This document shows, one piece after another, positions 38,001-51,812 of a stretch of 64,000 nt of DNA (its first letter is position 1; each line of letters starts with the position of its first letter). The position numbers and the translations under genes are program-made. Under the pieces are notes generated by a model that did no database searches, was not told where the DNA came from, and saw only the letters and a program-made list of their open reading frames with translations. This DNA is from the human T2T-CHM13v2.0 reference genome, Homo sapiens, in NCBI RefSeq assembly GCF_009914755.1, contig NC_060937.1; one strand, given 5' to 3'.

Positions 38001-41000
38001 CCAAGCTATCCAAATATCCACTTGCAGATTCCACAAAAAGAGTGTTTCAAAACTGCTCTCTATCAATGGCAAAGTTCAACTCTGTTAGTTGAGGACACAT
38101 ATCACCAACAAGTTTCTGAGAATGCTTCTGTCTATTTTTTATGGGAAGATATTTCCTTTTTCACCGTAGGCGTCAAGGCGATCGAAATGTCCACTTCCAC
38201 AAACTACAAAAAGAGTGTTTCAAACCTGCTCTATGAAAGGCCATGTTCATCTCTATGAGTCGAATGGAAATATCCGAAAAAATTTCTGGGAATGCTGCTG
38301 TCTAGTTTTTATACGAATTCCCGCTTCCAACGAAATCCTCAAAGCAATCCAAATATCCACTTGCAGAATCCACAAAAAGAGTGTTTCAAAACTGCTCTAT
38401 CAATAGAAAGGTTCAACTCTTTTAGTTGAGTACACACATCACAAACAAGTTTCTGAGAATGCTTCTGTCTGGCTTTTATTGGAAGACGTTTCCTTTTCAC
38501 CAAAGGCATCAAAGCGCTCCAAATGTCCACTTCCAGATTCTTCCAAAAGAGTGTTTGAAACGTGCTCAAAGTAAGGGAATGTTCAACTCTGTGACTTGAA
38601 TGCAGATATCACCAAGTAGTTTCTAATAGTGCTTCTGTCTAGATTTTAGATGATGATATTCCCGTTTCCAACGAAATCGTTAGAGCTATCCAAATATCCA
38701 CTTACAGTTGCTACAAAAAGAGTGTTTCCAAACTGCTGCATCAAAAGAAAGGTTCAACTCTGTTAGTTGAGGACACACATCACAAAGAAGTTTGTGAGAA
38801 TGCTTCTGTCTAGATTTTGTATGACCATATTCCCTTTTCCAGCGATATCATTAAAGCAATCTAAATATCCATTTGCAGAATCCACAAAAATAGAGTTTCA
38901 AAGCTGCTCTGTAAAAAGAAAGGTTCCACTCTGTTAGCTGAGTACACACATCACAAACTTGTTTCTCAGAATCCTTCTGTCTCGTTTTTCTGGGAAGATA
39001 TTTACTTTTTCACCGTAGGCATCAAAGCGCTCCAAATGTCCACATCCAGATACTCCAGAAAGAGTGTTTCAAACCTGCTCTATGAAAGGGAATCTTCAAC
39101 TCTATGAGTTGAATGCAGACATCAGAAAGAAATTTCTGAGAATGCTGCTGTCTACCTTTTATTTGAATTCCCGCTTCCAACGAAATCCTCCAAGCTATCC
39201 AAATATCCACCTGCATTTTCCACAAAAAGAGCGTTTCAAAACTGCTCTATCAATAGAAATGTTCAACTCCTTTGGCTGGGTACACACATCACAAACAAGT
39301 TTCTGAGAATGCTTCTGTCTAGTTTTTATGGGAAGACATTCCCTTTTTCACCAAAGGCATCAAAGCGCTCCAAATGTCCACTTCCAGACACTACAAAAAG
39401 AGTGTTTCCAACGTGCTCTAAGAAAGCGAATGTTCAACTCTGTGACTTGAATGCAGATATCACAAAGTAGTTTCTGAGAGGGCTTCTGTGTAGATTTTAG
39501 ATGATGATATTCCCGTTTCCAACGAAATCATTAGAGCTATCCAAATATCCACTTACAGTTTCTACAAAAAGAGTGTTTCCAAACTGCTGCATCAAAAGAG
39601 AGGTTCCACTCTGTTAGCTGAGTACACACATCACAAACTTGTTTCTCAGAATCCTTCTGTCTCGTTTTTCTGGGAAGATATTTACTTTTTCACCGTAGGC
39701 ATCAAAGCGCTCCAAATGTCCACATCCAGATACTCCAGAAAGAGTGTTTCAAACCTGCTCTATGAAAGGGAATCTTCAACTCTATGAGTTGAATGCAGAC
39801 ATCAGAAAGAAATTTCTGAGAATGCTGCTGTCTACCTTTTATTTGAATTCCCGCTTCCAACGAAATCCTCCAAGCTATCCAAATATCCACTTGCAGATTC
39901 CACAAAAAGAGTGTTTCAAAACTGCTCTCTATCAATGGCAAAGTTCAACTCTGTTAGTTGAGGACACATATCACCAACAAGTTTCTGAGAATGCTTCTGT
40001 CTATTTTTTATGGGAAGATATTTCCTTTTTCACCGTAGGCGTCAAGGCGATCGAAATGTCCACTTCCACAAACTACAAAAAGAGTGTTTCAAACCTGCTC
40101 TATGAAAGGCCATGTTCATCTCTATGAGTCGAATGGAAATATCCGAAAGAAATTTCTGGGAATGCTGCTGTCTAGTTTTTATACGAATTCCCGCTTCCAA
40201 CGAAATCCTCAAAGCAATCCAAATATCCACTTGCAGAATCCACAAAAAGAGTGTTTCAAAACTGCTCTATCAATAGAAAGGTTCAACTCTTTTAGTTGAG
40301 TACACACATCACAAACAAGTTTCTGAGAATGCTTCTGTCTGGCTTTTATTGGAAGACGTTTCCTTTTCACCAAAGGCATCAAAGCGCTCCAAATGTCCAC
40401 TTCCAGATTCTTCCAAAAGAGTGTTTGAAACGTGCTCAAAGTAAGGGAATGTTCAACTCTGTGACTTGAATGCAGATATCACCAAGTAGTTTCTAATAGT
40501 GCTTCTGTCTAGATTTTAGATGATGATATTCCCGTTTCCAACGAAATCGTTAGAGCTATCCAAATATCCACTTACAGTTGCTACAAAAACAGTGTTTCCA
40601 AACTGCTGCATCAAAAGAAAGGTTCAACTCTGTTAGTTGAGGTCACACGTCACAAAGAAGTTTGTGAGAATGCTTCTGTCTAGATTTTGTATGACGATAT
40701 TCCCTTTTCCAACGATATCGTTAAAGCAATCTAAATATCCATTTGCAGAATCCACAAAAATAGAGTTTCAAAGCTGCTCTGTAAAAAGAAAGGTTCCACT
40801 CTGTTAGCTGAGTACACACATCACAAACTTGTTTCTCAGAATCCTTCTGTCTCGTTTTTATGGGAAGATATTTACTTTTTCACCGTAGGCATCAAAGCGC
40901 TCCAAATGTCCACATCCAGATACTCCAGAAAGAGTGTTTCAAACCTGCTCTATGAAAGGGAATCTTCAACTCTATGAGTTGAATGCAGACATCAGAAAGA

Positions 41001-44000
41001 AATTTCTGAGAATGCTGCTGTCTACCTTTTATTTGAATTCCCGCTTCCAACGAAATCCTCCAAGCTATCCAAATATCCACTTGCAGATTCCACAAAAAGA
41101 GTGTTTCAAAACTGCTCTCTATCAATGGCAAAGTTCAACTCTGTTAGTTGAGGACACATATCACCAACAAGTTTCTGAGAATGCTTCTGTCTATTTTTTA
41201 TGGGAAGATATTTCCTTTTTCACCGTAGGCGTCAAGGCGATCGAAATGTCCACTTCCACAAACTACAAAAAGAGTGTTTCAAACCTGCTCTATGAAAGGC
41301 CATGTTCATCTCTATGAGTCGAATGGAAATATCCGAAAGAAATTTCTGGGAATGCTGCTGTCTAGTTTTTATACGAATTCCCGCTTCCAACGAAATCCTC
41401 AAAGCAATCCAAATATCCACTTGCAGAATCCACAAAAAGAGTGTTTCAAAACTGCTCTATCAATAGAAAGGTTCAACTCTTTTAGTTGAGTACACACATC
41501 ACAAACAAGTTTCTGAGAATGCTTCTGTCTGGCTTTTATTGGAAGACGTTTCCTTTTCACCAAAGGCATCAAAGCGCTCCAAATGTCCACTTCCAGATTC
41601 TTCCAAAAGAGTGTTTGAAACGTGCTCAAAGTAAGGGAATGTTCAACTCTGTGACTTGAATGCAGATATCACCAAGTAGTTTCTAATAGTGCTTCTGTCT
41701 AGATTTTAGATGATGATATTCCCGTTTCCAACGAAATCGTTAGAGCTATCCAAATATCCACTTACAGTTGCTACAAAAACAGTGTTTCCAAACTGCTGCA
41801 TCAAAAGAAAGGTTCAACTCTGTTAGTTGAGGTCACACGTCACAAAGAAGTTTGTGAGAATGCTTCTGTCTAGATTTTGTATGACGATATTCCCTTTTCC
41901 AACGATATCGTTAAAGCAATCTAAATATCCATTTGCAGAATCCACAAAAATAGAGTTTCAAAGCTGCTCTGTAAAAAGAAAGGTTCCACTCTGTTAGCTG
42001 AGTACACACATCACAAACTTGTTTCTGAGAATCCTTCTGTCTCGTTTTTATGGGAAGATATTTACTTTTTCACCGTAGGCATCAAAGCGCTCCAAATGTC
42101 CACATCCAGATACTCCAGAAAGAGTGTTTCAAACCTGCTCTATGAAAGGGAATCTTCAACTCTATGAGTTGAATGCAGACATCAGAAAGAAATTTCTGAG
42201 AATGCTGCTGTCTACCTTTTATTTGAATTCCCGCTTCCAACGAAATCCTCCAAGCTATCCAAATATCCACCTGCATTTTCCACAAAAAGAGCGTTTCAAA
42301 ACTGCTCTATCAATAGAAATGTTCAACTCCTTTGGCTGGGTACACACATCACAAACAAGTTTCTGAGAATGCTTCTGTCTAGTTTTTATGGGAAGACATT
42401 CCCTTTTTCACCAAAGGCATCAAAGCGCTCCAAATGTCCACTTCCAGACACTACAAAAAGAGTGTTTCCAACGTGCTCTAAGAAAGCGAATGTTCAACTC
42501 TGTGACTTGAATGCAGATATCACAAAGTAGTTTCTGAGAGGGCTTCTGTCTAGATTTTAGATGATGATATTCCCGTTTCCAACGAAATCATTAGAGCTAT
42601 CCAAATATCCACTTACAGTTTCTACAAAAAGAGTGTTTCCAAACTGCTGCATCAAAAGAGAGGTTCCACTCTGTTAGCTGAGTACACACATCACAAACTT
42701 GTTTCTCAGAATCCTTCTGTCTCGTTTTTCTGGGAAGATATTTACTTTTTCACCGTAGGCATCAAAGCGCTCCAAATGTCCACATCCAGATACTCCAGAA
42801 AGAGTGTTTCAAACCTGCTCTATGAAAGGGAATCTTCAACTCTATGAGTTGAATGCAGACATCAGAAAGAAATTTCTGAGAATGCTGCTGTCTACCTTTT
42901 ATTTGAATTCCCGCTTCCAACGAAATCCTCCAAGCTATCCAAATATCCACTTGCAGATTCCACAAAAAGAGTGTTTCAAAACTGCTCTCTATCAATGGCA
43001 AAGTTCAACTCTGTTAGTTGAGGACACATATCACCAACAAGTTTCTGAGAATGCTTCTGTCTATTTTTTATGGGAAGATATTTCCTTTTTCACCGTAGGC
43101 GTCAAGGCGATCGAAATGTCCACTTCCACAAACTACAAAAAGAGTGTTTCAAACCTGCTCTATGAAAGGCCATGTTCATCTCTATGAGTCGAATGGAAAT
43201 ATCCGAAAAAATTTCTGGGAATGCTGCTGTCTAGTTTTTATACGAATTCCCGCTTCCAACGAAATCCTCAAAGCAATCCAAATATCCACTTGCAGAATCC
43301 ACAAAAAGAGTGTTTCAAAACTGCTCTATCAATAGAAAGGTTCAACTCTTTTAGTTGAGTACACACATCACAAACAAGTTTCTGAGAATGCTTCTGTCTG
43401 GCTTTTATTGAAAGACGTTTCCTTTTCACCAAAGGCATCAAAGCGCTCCAAATGTCCACTTCCAGATTCTTCCAAAAGAGTGTTTGAAACGTGCTCAAAG
43501 TAAGGGAATGTTCAACTCTGTGACTTGAATGCAGATATCACCAAGTAGTTTCTAATAGTGCTTCTGTCTAGATTTTAGATGATGATATTCCCGTTTCCAA
43601 CGAAATCGTTAGAGCTATCCAAATATCCACTTACAGTTGCTACAAAAAGAGTGTTTCCAAACTGCTGCATCAAAAGAAAGGTTCAACTCTGTTAGTTGAG
43701 GACACACATCACAAAGAAGTTTGTGAGAATGCTTCTGTCTAGATTTTGTATGACCATATTCCCTTTTCCAGCGATATCATTAAAGCAATCTAAATATCCA
43801 TTTGCAGAATCCACAAAAATAGAGTTTCAAAGCTGCTCTGTAAAAAGAAAGGTTCCACTCTGTTAGCTGAGTACACACATCACAAACTTGTTTCTCAGAA
43901 TCCTTCTGTCTCGTTTTTATGGGAAGATATTTACTTTTTCACCGTAGGCATCAAAGCGCTCCAAATGTCCACATCCAGATACTCCAGAAAGAGTGTTTCA

Positions 44001-45862
44001 AACCTGCTCTATGAAAGGGAATCTTCAACTCTATGAGTTGAATGCAGACATCAGAAAGAAATTTCTGAGAATGCTGCTGTCTACCTTTTATTTGAATTCC
44101 CGCTTCCAACGAAATCCTCCAAGCTATCCAAATATCCACTTGCAGATTCCACAAAAAGAGTGTTTCAAAACTGCTCTCTATCAATGGCAAAGTTCAACTC
44201 TGTTAGTTGAGGACACATATCACCAACAAGTTTCTGAGAATGCTTCTGTCTATTTTTTATGGGAAGATATTTCCTTTTTCACCGTAGGCGTCAAGGCGAT
44301 CGAAATGTCCACTTCCACAAACTACAAAAAGAGTGTTTCAAACCTGCTCTATGAAAGGCCATGTTCATCTCTATGAGTCGAATGGAAATATCCGAAAGAA
44401 ATTTCTGGGAATGCTGCTGTCTAGTTTTTATACGAATTCCCGCTTCCAACGAAATCCTCAAAGCAATCCAAATATCCACTTGCAGAATCCACAAAAAGAG
44501 TGTTTCAAAACTGCTCTATCAATAGAAAGGTTCAACTCTTTTAGTTGAGTACACACATCACAAACAAGTTTCTGAGAATGCTTCTGTCTGGCTTTTATTG
44601 GAAGACGTTTCCTTTTCACCAAAGGCATCAAAGCGCTCCAAATGTCCACTTCCAGATTCTTCCAAAAGAGTGTTTGAAACGTGCTCAAAGTAAGGGAATG
44701 TTCAACTCTGTGACTTGAATGCAGATATCACCAAGTAGTTTCTAATAGTGCTTCTGTCTAGATTTTAGATGATGATATTCCCGTTTCCAACGAAATCGTT
44801 AGAGCTATCCAAATATCCACTTACAGTTGCTACAAAAACAGTGTTTCCAAACTGCTGCATCAAAAGAAAGGTTCAACTCTGTTAGTTGAGGTCACACGTC
44901 ACAAAGAAGTTTGTGAGAATGCTTCTGTCTAGATTTTGTATGACGATATTCCCTTTTCCAACGATATCGTTAAAGCAATCTAAATATCCATTTGCAGAAT
45001 CCACAAAAATAGAGTTTCAAAGCTGCTCTGTAAAAAGAAAGGTTCCACTCTGTTAGCTGAGTACACACATCACAAACTTGTTTCTGAGAATCCTTCTGTC
45101 TCGTTTTTATGGGAAGATATTTACTTTTTCACCGTAGGCATCAAAGCGCTCCAAATGTCCACATCCAGATACTCCAGAAAGAGTGTTTCAAACCTGCTCT
45201 ATGAAAGGGAATCTTCAACTCTATGAGTTGAATGCAGACATCAGAAAGAAATTTCTGAGAATGCTGCTGTCTACCTTTTATTTGAATTCCCGCTTCCAAC
45301 GAAATCCTCCAAGCTATCCAAATATCCACCTGCATTTTCCACAAAAAGAGCGTTTCAAAACTGCTCTATCAATAGAAATGTTCAACTCCTTTGGCTGGGT
45401 ACACACATCACAAACAAGTTTCTGAGAATGCTTCTGTCTAGTTTTTATGGGAAGACATTCCCTTTTTCACCAAAGGCATCAAAGCGCTCCAAATGTCCAC
45501 TTCCAGACACTACAAAAAGAGTGTTTCCAACGTGCTCTAAGAAAGCGAATGTTCAACTCTGTGACTTGAATGCAGATATCACAAAGTAGTTTCTGAGAGG
45601 GCTTCTGTCTAGATTTTAGATGATGATATTCCCGTTTCCAACGAAATCATTAGAGCTATCCAAATATCCACTTACAGTTTCTACAAAAAGAGTGTTTCCA
45701 AACTGCTGCATCAAAAGAGAGGTTCCACTCTGTTAGCTGAGTACACACATCACAAACTTGTTTCTCAGAATCCTTCTGTCTCGTTTTTCTGGGAAGATAT
45801 TTACTTTTTCACCGTAGGCATCAAAGCGCTCCAAATGTCCACATCCAGATACTCCAGAAAGA

Positions 45863-48800
45863 GTGTTTCAAACCTGCTCTATGAAAGGGAATCTTCAACT
45901 CTATGAGTTGAATGCAGACATCAGAAAGAAATTTCTGAGAATGCTGCTGTCTACCTTTTATTTGAATTCCCGCTTCCAACGAAATCCTCCAAGCTATCCA
46001 AATATCCACTTGCAGATTCCACAAAAAGAGTGTTTCAAAACTGCTCTCTATCAATGGCAAAGTTCAACTCTGTTAGTTGAGGACACATATCACCAACAAG
46101 TTTCTGAGAATGCTTCTGTCTATTTTTTATGGGAAGATATTTCCTTTTTCACCGTAGGCGTCAAGGCGATCGAAATGTCCACTTCCACAAACTACAAAAA
46201 GAGTGTTTCAAACCTGCTCTATGAAAGGCCATGTTCATCTCTATGAGTCGAATGGAAATATCCGAAAGAAATTTCTGGGAATGCTGCTGTCTAGTTTTTA
46301 TACGAATTCCCGCTTCCAACGAAATCCTCAAAGCAATCCAAATATCCACTTGCAGAATCCACAAAAAGAGTGTTTCAAAACTGCTCTATCAATAGAAAGG
46401 TTCAACTCTTTTAGTTGAGTACACACATCACAAACAAGTTTCTGAGAATGCTTCTGTCTGGCTTTTATTGGAAGACGTTTCCTTTTCACCAAAGGCATCA
46501 AAGCGCTCCAAATGTCCACTTCCAGATTCTTCCAAAAGAGTGTTTGAAACGTGCTCAAAGTAAGGGAATGTTCAACTCTGTGACTTGAATGCAGATATCA
46601 CCAAGTAGTTTCTAATAGTGCTTCTGTCTAGATTTTAGATGATGATATTCCCGTTTCCAACGAAATCGTTAGAGCTATCCAAATATCCACTTACAGTTGC
46701 TACAAAAACAGTGTTTCCAAACTGCTGCATCAAAAGAAAGGTTCAACTCTGTTAGTTGAGGACACACGTCACAAAGAAGTTTGTGAGAATGCTTCTGTCT
46801 AGATTTTGTATGACGATATTCCCTTTTCCAACGATATCGTTAAAGCAATCTAAATATCCATTTGCAGAATCCACAAAAATAGAGTTTCAAAGCTGCTCTG
46901 TAAAAAGAAAGGTTCCACTCTGTTAGCTGAGTACACACATCACAAACTTGTTTCTCAGAATCCTTCTGTCTCGTTTTTCTGGGAAGATATTTACTTTTTC
47001 ACCGTAGGCATCAAAGCGCTCCAAATGTCCACATCCAGATACTCCAGAAAGAGTGTTTCAAACCTGCTCTATGAAAGGGAATCTTCAACTCTATGAGTTG
47101 AATGCAGACATCAGAAAGAAATTTCTGAGAATGCTGCTGTCTACCTTTTATTTGAATTCCCGCTTCCAACGAAATCCTCCAAGCTATCCAAATATCCACT
47201 TGCAGATTCCACAAAAAGAGTGTTTCAAAACTGCTCTCTATCAATGGCAAAGTTCAACTCTGTTAGTTGAGGACACATATCACCAACAAGTTTCTGAGAA
47301 TGCTTCTGTCTATTTTTTATGGGAAGATATTTCCTTTTTCACCGTAGGCGTCAAGGCGATCGAAATGTCCACTTCCACAAACTACAAAAAGAGTGTTTCA
47401 AACCTGCTCTATGAAAGGCCATGTTCATCTCTATGAGTCGAATGGAAATATCCGAAAGAAATTTCTGGGAATGCTGCTGTCTAGTTTTTATACGAATTCC
47501 CGCTTCCAACGAAATCCTCAAAGCAATCCAAATATCCACTTGCAGAATCCACAAAAAGAGTGTTTCAAAACTGCTCTATCAATAGAAAGGTTCAACTCTT
47601 TTAGTTGAGTACACACATCACAAACAAGTTTCTGAGAATGCTTCTGTCTGGCTTTTATTGGAAGACGTTTCCTTTTCACCAAAGGCATCAAAGCGCTCCA
47701 AATGTCCACTTCCAGATTCTTCCAAAAGAGTGTTTGAAACGTGCTCAAAGTAAGGGAATGTTCAACTCTGTGACTTGAATGCAGATATCACCAAGTAGTT
47801 TCTAATAGTGCTTCTGTCTAGATTTTAGATGATGATATTCCCGTTTCCAACGAAATCGTTAGAGCTATCCAAATATCCACTTACAGTTGCTACAAAAACA
47901 GTGTTTCCAAACTGCTGCATCAAAAGAAAGGTTCAACTCTGTTAGTTGAGGACACACGTCACAAAGAAGTTTGTGAGAATGCTTCTGTCTAGATTTTGTA
48001 TGACGATATTCCCTTTTCCAACGATATCGTTAAAGCAATCTAAATATCCATTTGCAGAATCCACAAAAATAGAGTTTCAAAGCTGCTCTGTAAAAAGAAA
48101 GGTTCCACTCTGTTAGCTGAGTACACACATCACAAACTTGTTTCTCAGAATCCTTCTGTCTCGTTTTTCTGGGAAGATATTTACTTTTTCACCGTAGGCA
48201 TCAAAGCGCTCCAAATGTCCACATCCAGATACTCCAGAAAGAGTGTTTCAAACCTGCTCTATGAAAGGGAATCTTCAACTCTATGAGTTGAATGCAGACA
48301 TCAGAAAGAAATTTCTGAGAATGCTGCTGTCTACCTTTTATTTGAATTCCCGCTTCCAACGAAATCCTCCAAGCTATCCAAATATCCACTTGCAGATTCC
48401 ACAAAAAGAGTGTTTCAAAACTGCTCTCTATCAATGGCAAAGTTCAACTCTGTTAGTTGAGGACACATATCACCAACAAGTTTCTGAGAATGCTTCTGTC
48501 TATTTTTTATGGGAAGATATTTCCTTTTTCACCGTAGGCGTCAAGGCGATCGAAATGTCCACTTCCACAAACTACAAAAAGAGTGTTTCAAACCTGCTCT
48601 ATGAAAGGCCATGTTCATCTCTATGAGTCGAATGGAAATATCCGAAAGAAATTTCTGGGAATGCTGCTGTCTAGTTTTTATACGAATTCCCGCTTCCAAC
48701 GAAATCCTCAAAGCAATCCAAATATCCACTTGCAGAATCCACAAAAAGAGTGTTTCAAAACTGCTCTATCAATAGAAAGGTTCAACTCTTTTAGTTGAGT

Positions 48801-51800
48801 ACACACATCACAAACAAGTTTCTGAGAATGCTTCTGTCTGGCTTTTATTGGAAGACGTTTCCTTTTCACCAAAGGCATCAAAGCGCTCCAAATGTCCACT
48901 TCCAGATTCTTCCAAAAGAGTGTTTGAAACGTGCTCAAAGTAAGGGAATGTTCAACTCTGTGACTTGAATGCAGATATCACCAAGTAGTTTCTAATAGTG
49001 CTTCTGTCTAGATTTTAGATGATGATATTCCCGTTTCCAACGAAATCGTTAGAGCTATCCAAATATCCACTTACAGTTGCTACAAAAACAGTGTTTCCAA
49101 ACTGCTGCATCAAAAGAAAGGTTCAACTCTGTTAGTTGAGGTCACACGTCACAAAGAAGTTTGTGAGAATGCTTCTGTCTAGATTTTGTATGACGATATT
49201 CCCTTTTCCAACGATATCGTTAAAGCAATCTAAATATCCATTTGCAGAATCCACAAAAATAGAGTTTCAAAGCTGCTCTGTAAAAAGAAAGGTTCCACTC
49301 TGTTAGCTGAGTACACACATCACAAACTTGTTTCTCAGAATCCTTCTGTCTCGTTTTTATGGGAAGATATTTACTTTTTCACCGTAGGCATCAAAGCGCT
49401 CCAAATGTCCACATCCAGATACTCCAGAAAGAGTGTTTCAAACCTGCTCTATGAAAGGGAATCTTCAACTCTATGAGTTGAATGCAGACATCAGAAAGAA
49501 ATTTCTGAGAATGCTGCTGTCTACCTTTTATTTGAATTCCCGCTTCCAACGAAATCCTCCAAGCTATCCAAATATCCACTTGCAGATTCCACAAAAAGAG
49601 TGTTTCAAAACTGCTCTCTATCAATGGCAAAGTTCAACTCTGTTAGTTGAGGACACATATCACCAACAAGTTTCTGAGAATGCTTCTGTCTATTTTTTAT
49701 GGGAAGATATTTCCTTTTTCACCGTAGGCGTCAAGGCGATCGAAATGTCCACTTCCACAAACTACAAAAAGAGTGTTTCAAACCTGCTCTATGAAAGGCC
49801 ATGTTCATCTCTATGAGTCGAATGGAAATATCCGAAAGAAATTTCTGGGAATGCTGCTGTCTAGTTTTTATACGAATTCCCGCTTCCAACGAAATCCTCA
49901 AAGCAATCCAAATATCCACTTGCAGAATCCACAAAAAGAGTGTTTCAAAACTGCTCTATCAATAGAAAGGTTCAACTCTTTTAGTTGAGTACACACATCA
50001 CAAACAAGTTTCTGAGAATGCTTCTGTCTGGCTTTTATTGGAAGACGTTTCCTTTTCACCAAAGGCATCAAAGCGCTCCAAATGTCCACTTCCAGATTCT
50101 TCCAAAAGAGTGTTTGAAACGTGCTCAAAGTAAGGGAATGTTCAACTCTGTGACTTGAATGCAGATATCACCAAGTAGTTTCTAATAGTGCTTCTGTCTA
50201 GATTTTAGATGATGATATTCCCGTTTCCAACGAAATCGTTAGAGCTATCCAAATATCCACTTACAGTTGCTACAAAAACAGTGTTTCCAAACTGCTGCAT
50301 CAAAAGAAAGGTTCAACTCTGTTAGTTGAGGTCACACGTCACAAAGAAGTTTGTGAGAATGCTTCTGTCTAGATTTTGTATGACGATATTCCCTTTTCCA
50401 ACGATATCGTTAAAGCAATCTAAATATCCATTTGCAGAATCCACAAAAATAGAGTTTCAAAGCTGCTCTGTAAAAAGAAAGGTTCCACTCTGTTAGCTGA
50501 GTACACACATCACAAACTTGTTTCTCAGAATCCTTCTGTCTCGTTTTTATGGGAAGATATTTACTTTTTCACCGTAGGCATCAAAGCGCTCCAAATGTCC
50601 ACATCCAGATACTCCAGAAAGAGTGTTTCAAACCTGCTCTATGAAAGGGAATCTTCAACTCTATGAGTTGAATGCAGACATCAGAAAGAAATTTCTGAGA
50701 ATGCTGCTGTCTACCTTTTATTTGAATTCCCGCTTCCAACGAAATCCTCCAAGCTATCCAAATATCCACTTGCAGATTCCACAAAAAGAGTGTTTCAAAA
50801 CTGCTCTCTATCAATGGCAAAGTTCAACTCTGTTAGTTGAGGACACATATCACCAACAAGTTTCTGAGAATGCTTCTGTCTATTTTTTATGGGAAGATAT
50901 TTCCTTTTTCACCGTAGGCGTCAAGGCGATCGAAATGTCCACTTCCACAAACTACAAAAAGAGTGTTTCAAACCTGCTCTATGAAAGGCCATGTTCATCT
51001 CTATGAGTCGAATGGAAATATCCGAAAGAAATTTCTGGGAATGCTGCTGTCTAGTTTTTATACGAATTCCCGCTTCCAACGAAATCCTCAAAGCAATCCA
51101 AATATCCACTTGCAGAATCCACAAAAAGAGTGTTTCAAAACTGCTCTATCAATAGAAAGGTTCAACTCTTTTAGTTGAGTACACACATCACAAACAAGTT
51201 TCTGAGAATGCTTCTGTCTGGCTTTTATTGGAAGACGTTTCCTTTTCACCAAAGGCATCAAAGCGCTCCAAATGTCCACTTCCAGATTCTTCCAAAAGAG
51301 TGTTTGAAACGTGCTCAAAGTAAGGGAATGTTCAACTCTGTGACTTGAATGCAGATATCACCAAGTAGTTTCTAATAGTGCTTCTGTCTAGATTTTAGAT
51401 GATGATATTCCCGTTTCCAACGAAATCGTTAGAGCTATCCAAATATCCACTTACAGTTGCTACAAAAACAGTGTTTCCAAACTGCTGCATCAAAAGAAAG
51501 GTTCAACTCTGTTAGTTGAGGTCACACGTCACAAAGAAGTTTGTGAGAATGCTTCTGTCTAGATTTTGTATGACGATATTCCCTTTTCCAACGATATCGT
51601 TAAAGCAATCTAAATATCCATTTGCAGAATCCACAAAAATAGAGTTTCAAAGCTGCTCTGTAAAAAGAAAGGTTCCACTCTGTTAGCTGAGTACACACAT
51701 CACAAACTTGTTTCTCAGAATCCTTCTGTCTCGTTTTTCTGGGAAGATATTTACTTTTTCACCGTAGGCATCAAAGCGCTCCAAATGTCCACATCCAGAT

Positions 51801-51812
51801 ACTCCAGAAAGA
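45863..51812 (-). repeat. Longest run of consecutive 7-mers (5 x 1190 bp)
   Basis: Anchors at 45863, 47053, 48243, 49433, 50623 and 51813. Confidence 0.95.
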
